Of a stretch of DNA of 64,000 nt, positions 62,574-64,000 are shown in pieces (position 1 is the stretch's first letter; every line of letters starts with the position of its first letter). The notes beneath the pieces are model-generated. The model had not been told where the DNA came from and did not search any database. It worked only from the letters and a program-made list of their open reading frames with translations. Both the position numbers and the translations under genes were made by a program. The DNA lies in NCBI GenBank assembly GCA_010356995.1, contig ML996687.1, forward strand, positions 1,551,803 to 1,615,802. Reading direction: 5' to 3'. This DNA is from Trichodelitschia bisporula. Lineage: Eukaryota.

Positions 62574-63185
62574 ATGTCCGACCAGCAGCAGTCGTTCAGC
62601 TTGCCACAGCTTGCCGTCTTGCTCGTCATCGGCTTTCTTGTGCTACGGTGGATCCTCTGGCCTTCGGACCGGAATGCTCAGCGCCCGCCAGGGTGGAGCA
62701 ATACCCGCACAAGAGGGGTCAACCCCGCACATGTTGAGCAGATCGCGCAGATGTTTCCGCAGCTGAGCCGGCGAGATATCATATGGGATCTGCAGCGCAA
62801 CGGTGGCAACGTTGGAGAGACGACTGAGCGAGTGTTGAGCGGACGAGGGTTGGAAGTGGTGAGTGCTCGTGAACTGGGCCTTTTGGTTTAAAGGACCACC
62901 CTGACTTCTAGACAGCCGCCGCCCACGTTTCAACCGCCGCTAGCAGCACCCAGCCCACAAGCTGCGTCAGCGAACCCATCGGACCCTAAGCTACCGGCAC
63001 AACCAGATCTCATTACTCGGTACAACCTCGCATCCAAACTTGCGACGGCGCCAGAAGATGCGCAGTCAGACTTGGGGCAGAAGTCAGGGTGGTCTCACAA
63101 CAAGGAGGAAAGGCAGCGGCTGTTGCAGAAACGGAGAGAGGAAATGATACTGGCGGCGAGGAGGAGATTGGAGGCGAAGGGTTGA
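62574..63185 (+). CDS. ER-anchored CUE-domain protein (Cue1/Cue4-like); one intron from 62859
   Basis: N-terminal TM helix, CUE core QMFPQL..IIWDLQRNG, C-terminal DLITRYNL and WS.NKEERQ.LLQ.RREEMILAARR. Confidence 0.85.
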
Positions 63186-63290
63186 TATATGGTACAAGAG
63201 TCTTTTCTGGTGGAGTTCTATTGGATACAGGTACATGGCTTGTCACTAAGACGCATACATGGGAGGTTATATGGCAATTATCGGACTTCC

Positions 63291-64000
63291 TCATTCGCGC
63301 TTTGTGCGCCCCGCTTCCAGGCTGCCATTCACGCGACTGTAGAGCCATTGCAAAGCCCATGTGCTGAGAGCCATGCTCAGAGCGCTCGTGGCAAACAGGA
63401 CAATGCGTGACGGTGGGTCGAGCAGCTCAAAGATGGGGTAGGGGTAGAAACCATTGTAGCTGAAGCACAACTCAATCCAGAACCAGTAGCCGAAGGCAAT
63501 GGTGCTGCTGAGGGCAATGACGGGAAGGGCGGCGACTGTCGAAGGTGGCGAGAAGAAGAGCATATCGGCAGTCAGGGCGACAGCGGGCGCGACATGGAAG
63601 CACCAGTCGACGATTATATCAAGAGGCGGCGCCCATTCCGGCACCACAAGTTTGGGGTCAATCTGGCCATGTCAATTGCGTGCGGAAAGCAGCGGGGGGA
63701 AGGGGGTTGGACGAACGGCTCGGAGGCCCCAGTACAGCAAGCTGATCAGAACCTCGAGCGGGGCGCTCGCGACAGACAGAATATTCTTCCACGCAAACAG
63801 GCGTGGCGAGAGTGTGACGTCGGCGAGTAGCCCGCACGTAAACGAGGCCGTTGAAATTCTACTGGGGGTCAGGGGAGTCGATCAAGCACTCGTGTTAGGC
63901 AACCCACGAAAGCCCAATGATGGTCAAATATTGCATGTGCCAGCCATAGGAGTCATTGCTGCCGAAGTTAGCTTTGTGTCGGCAAGGAAGTTTTCAGTTT
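63291..64000 (-). CDS. FAR-17a/AIG1-like membrane protein, 5' part outside the window
   Basis: YGWHMQYLTIIGL, SAPLEVLISLLYW, FHVAPAVAL..D, NGFYPYPIF. Confidence 0.8.

Overview
Compact, intron-rich nuclear DNA of a filamentous ascomycete (Pezizomycotina-type short introns, CT-rich promoters). About 32 protein genes could be assembled by hand from ORFs plus splice signals, mostly conserved housekeeping genes: STE24, an RPA14-like gene, mitoribosomal bL34m (conserved frame missing from the ORF track), velB, HEL2, MND1, RRN10-like, ATG5, a METTL21-like methyltransferase, RSA4, an intact 10-exon MSH4, sphingolipid C9-methyltransferase, a tyrosine phosphatase, a dienelactone-hydrolase/NTF2 fusion, a GTS1-like ArfGAP, a YOR1-like ABCC transporter, CAR2, a Zn2Cys6 factor, COQ10, TRM140, TPS3-like, a SOD-fold mitoribosomal protein, a CUE protein and a partial FAR-17a/AIG1 gene. 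No transposon, tRNA, rRNA or CRISPR was found. The most notable non-coding signal is an apparent box H/ACA snoRNA at ~34580-34723 whose two pockets fit two nearby LSU rRNA uridines, followed by ~270 nt of further stable hairpins. Also noted: a 75-aa orphan ORF, a thioredoxin-like hypothetical, non-canonical splice sites and a 67-nt poly(C) tract. All gene names come from remembered motifs; no database search was run.
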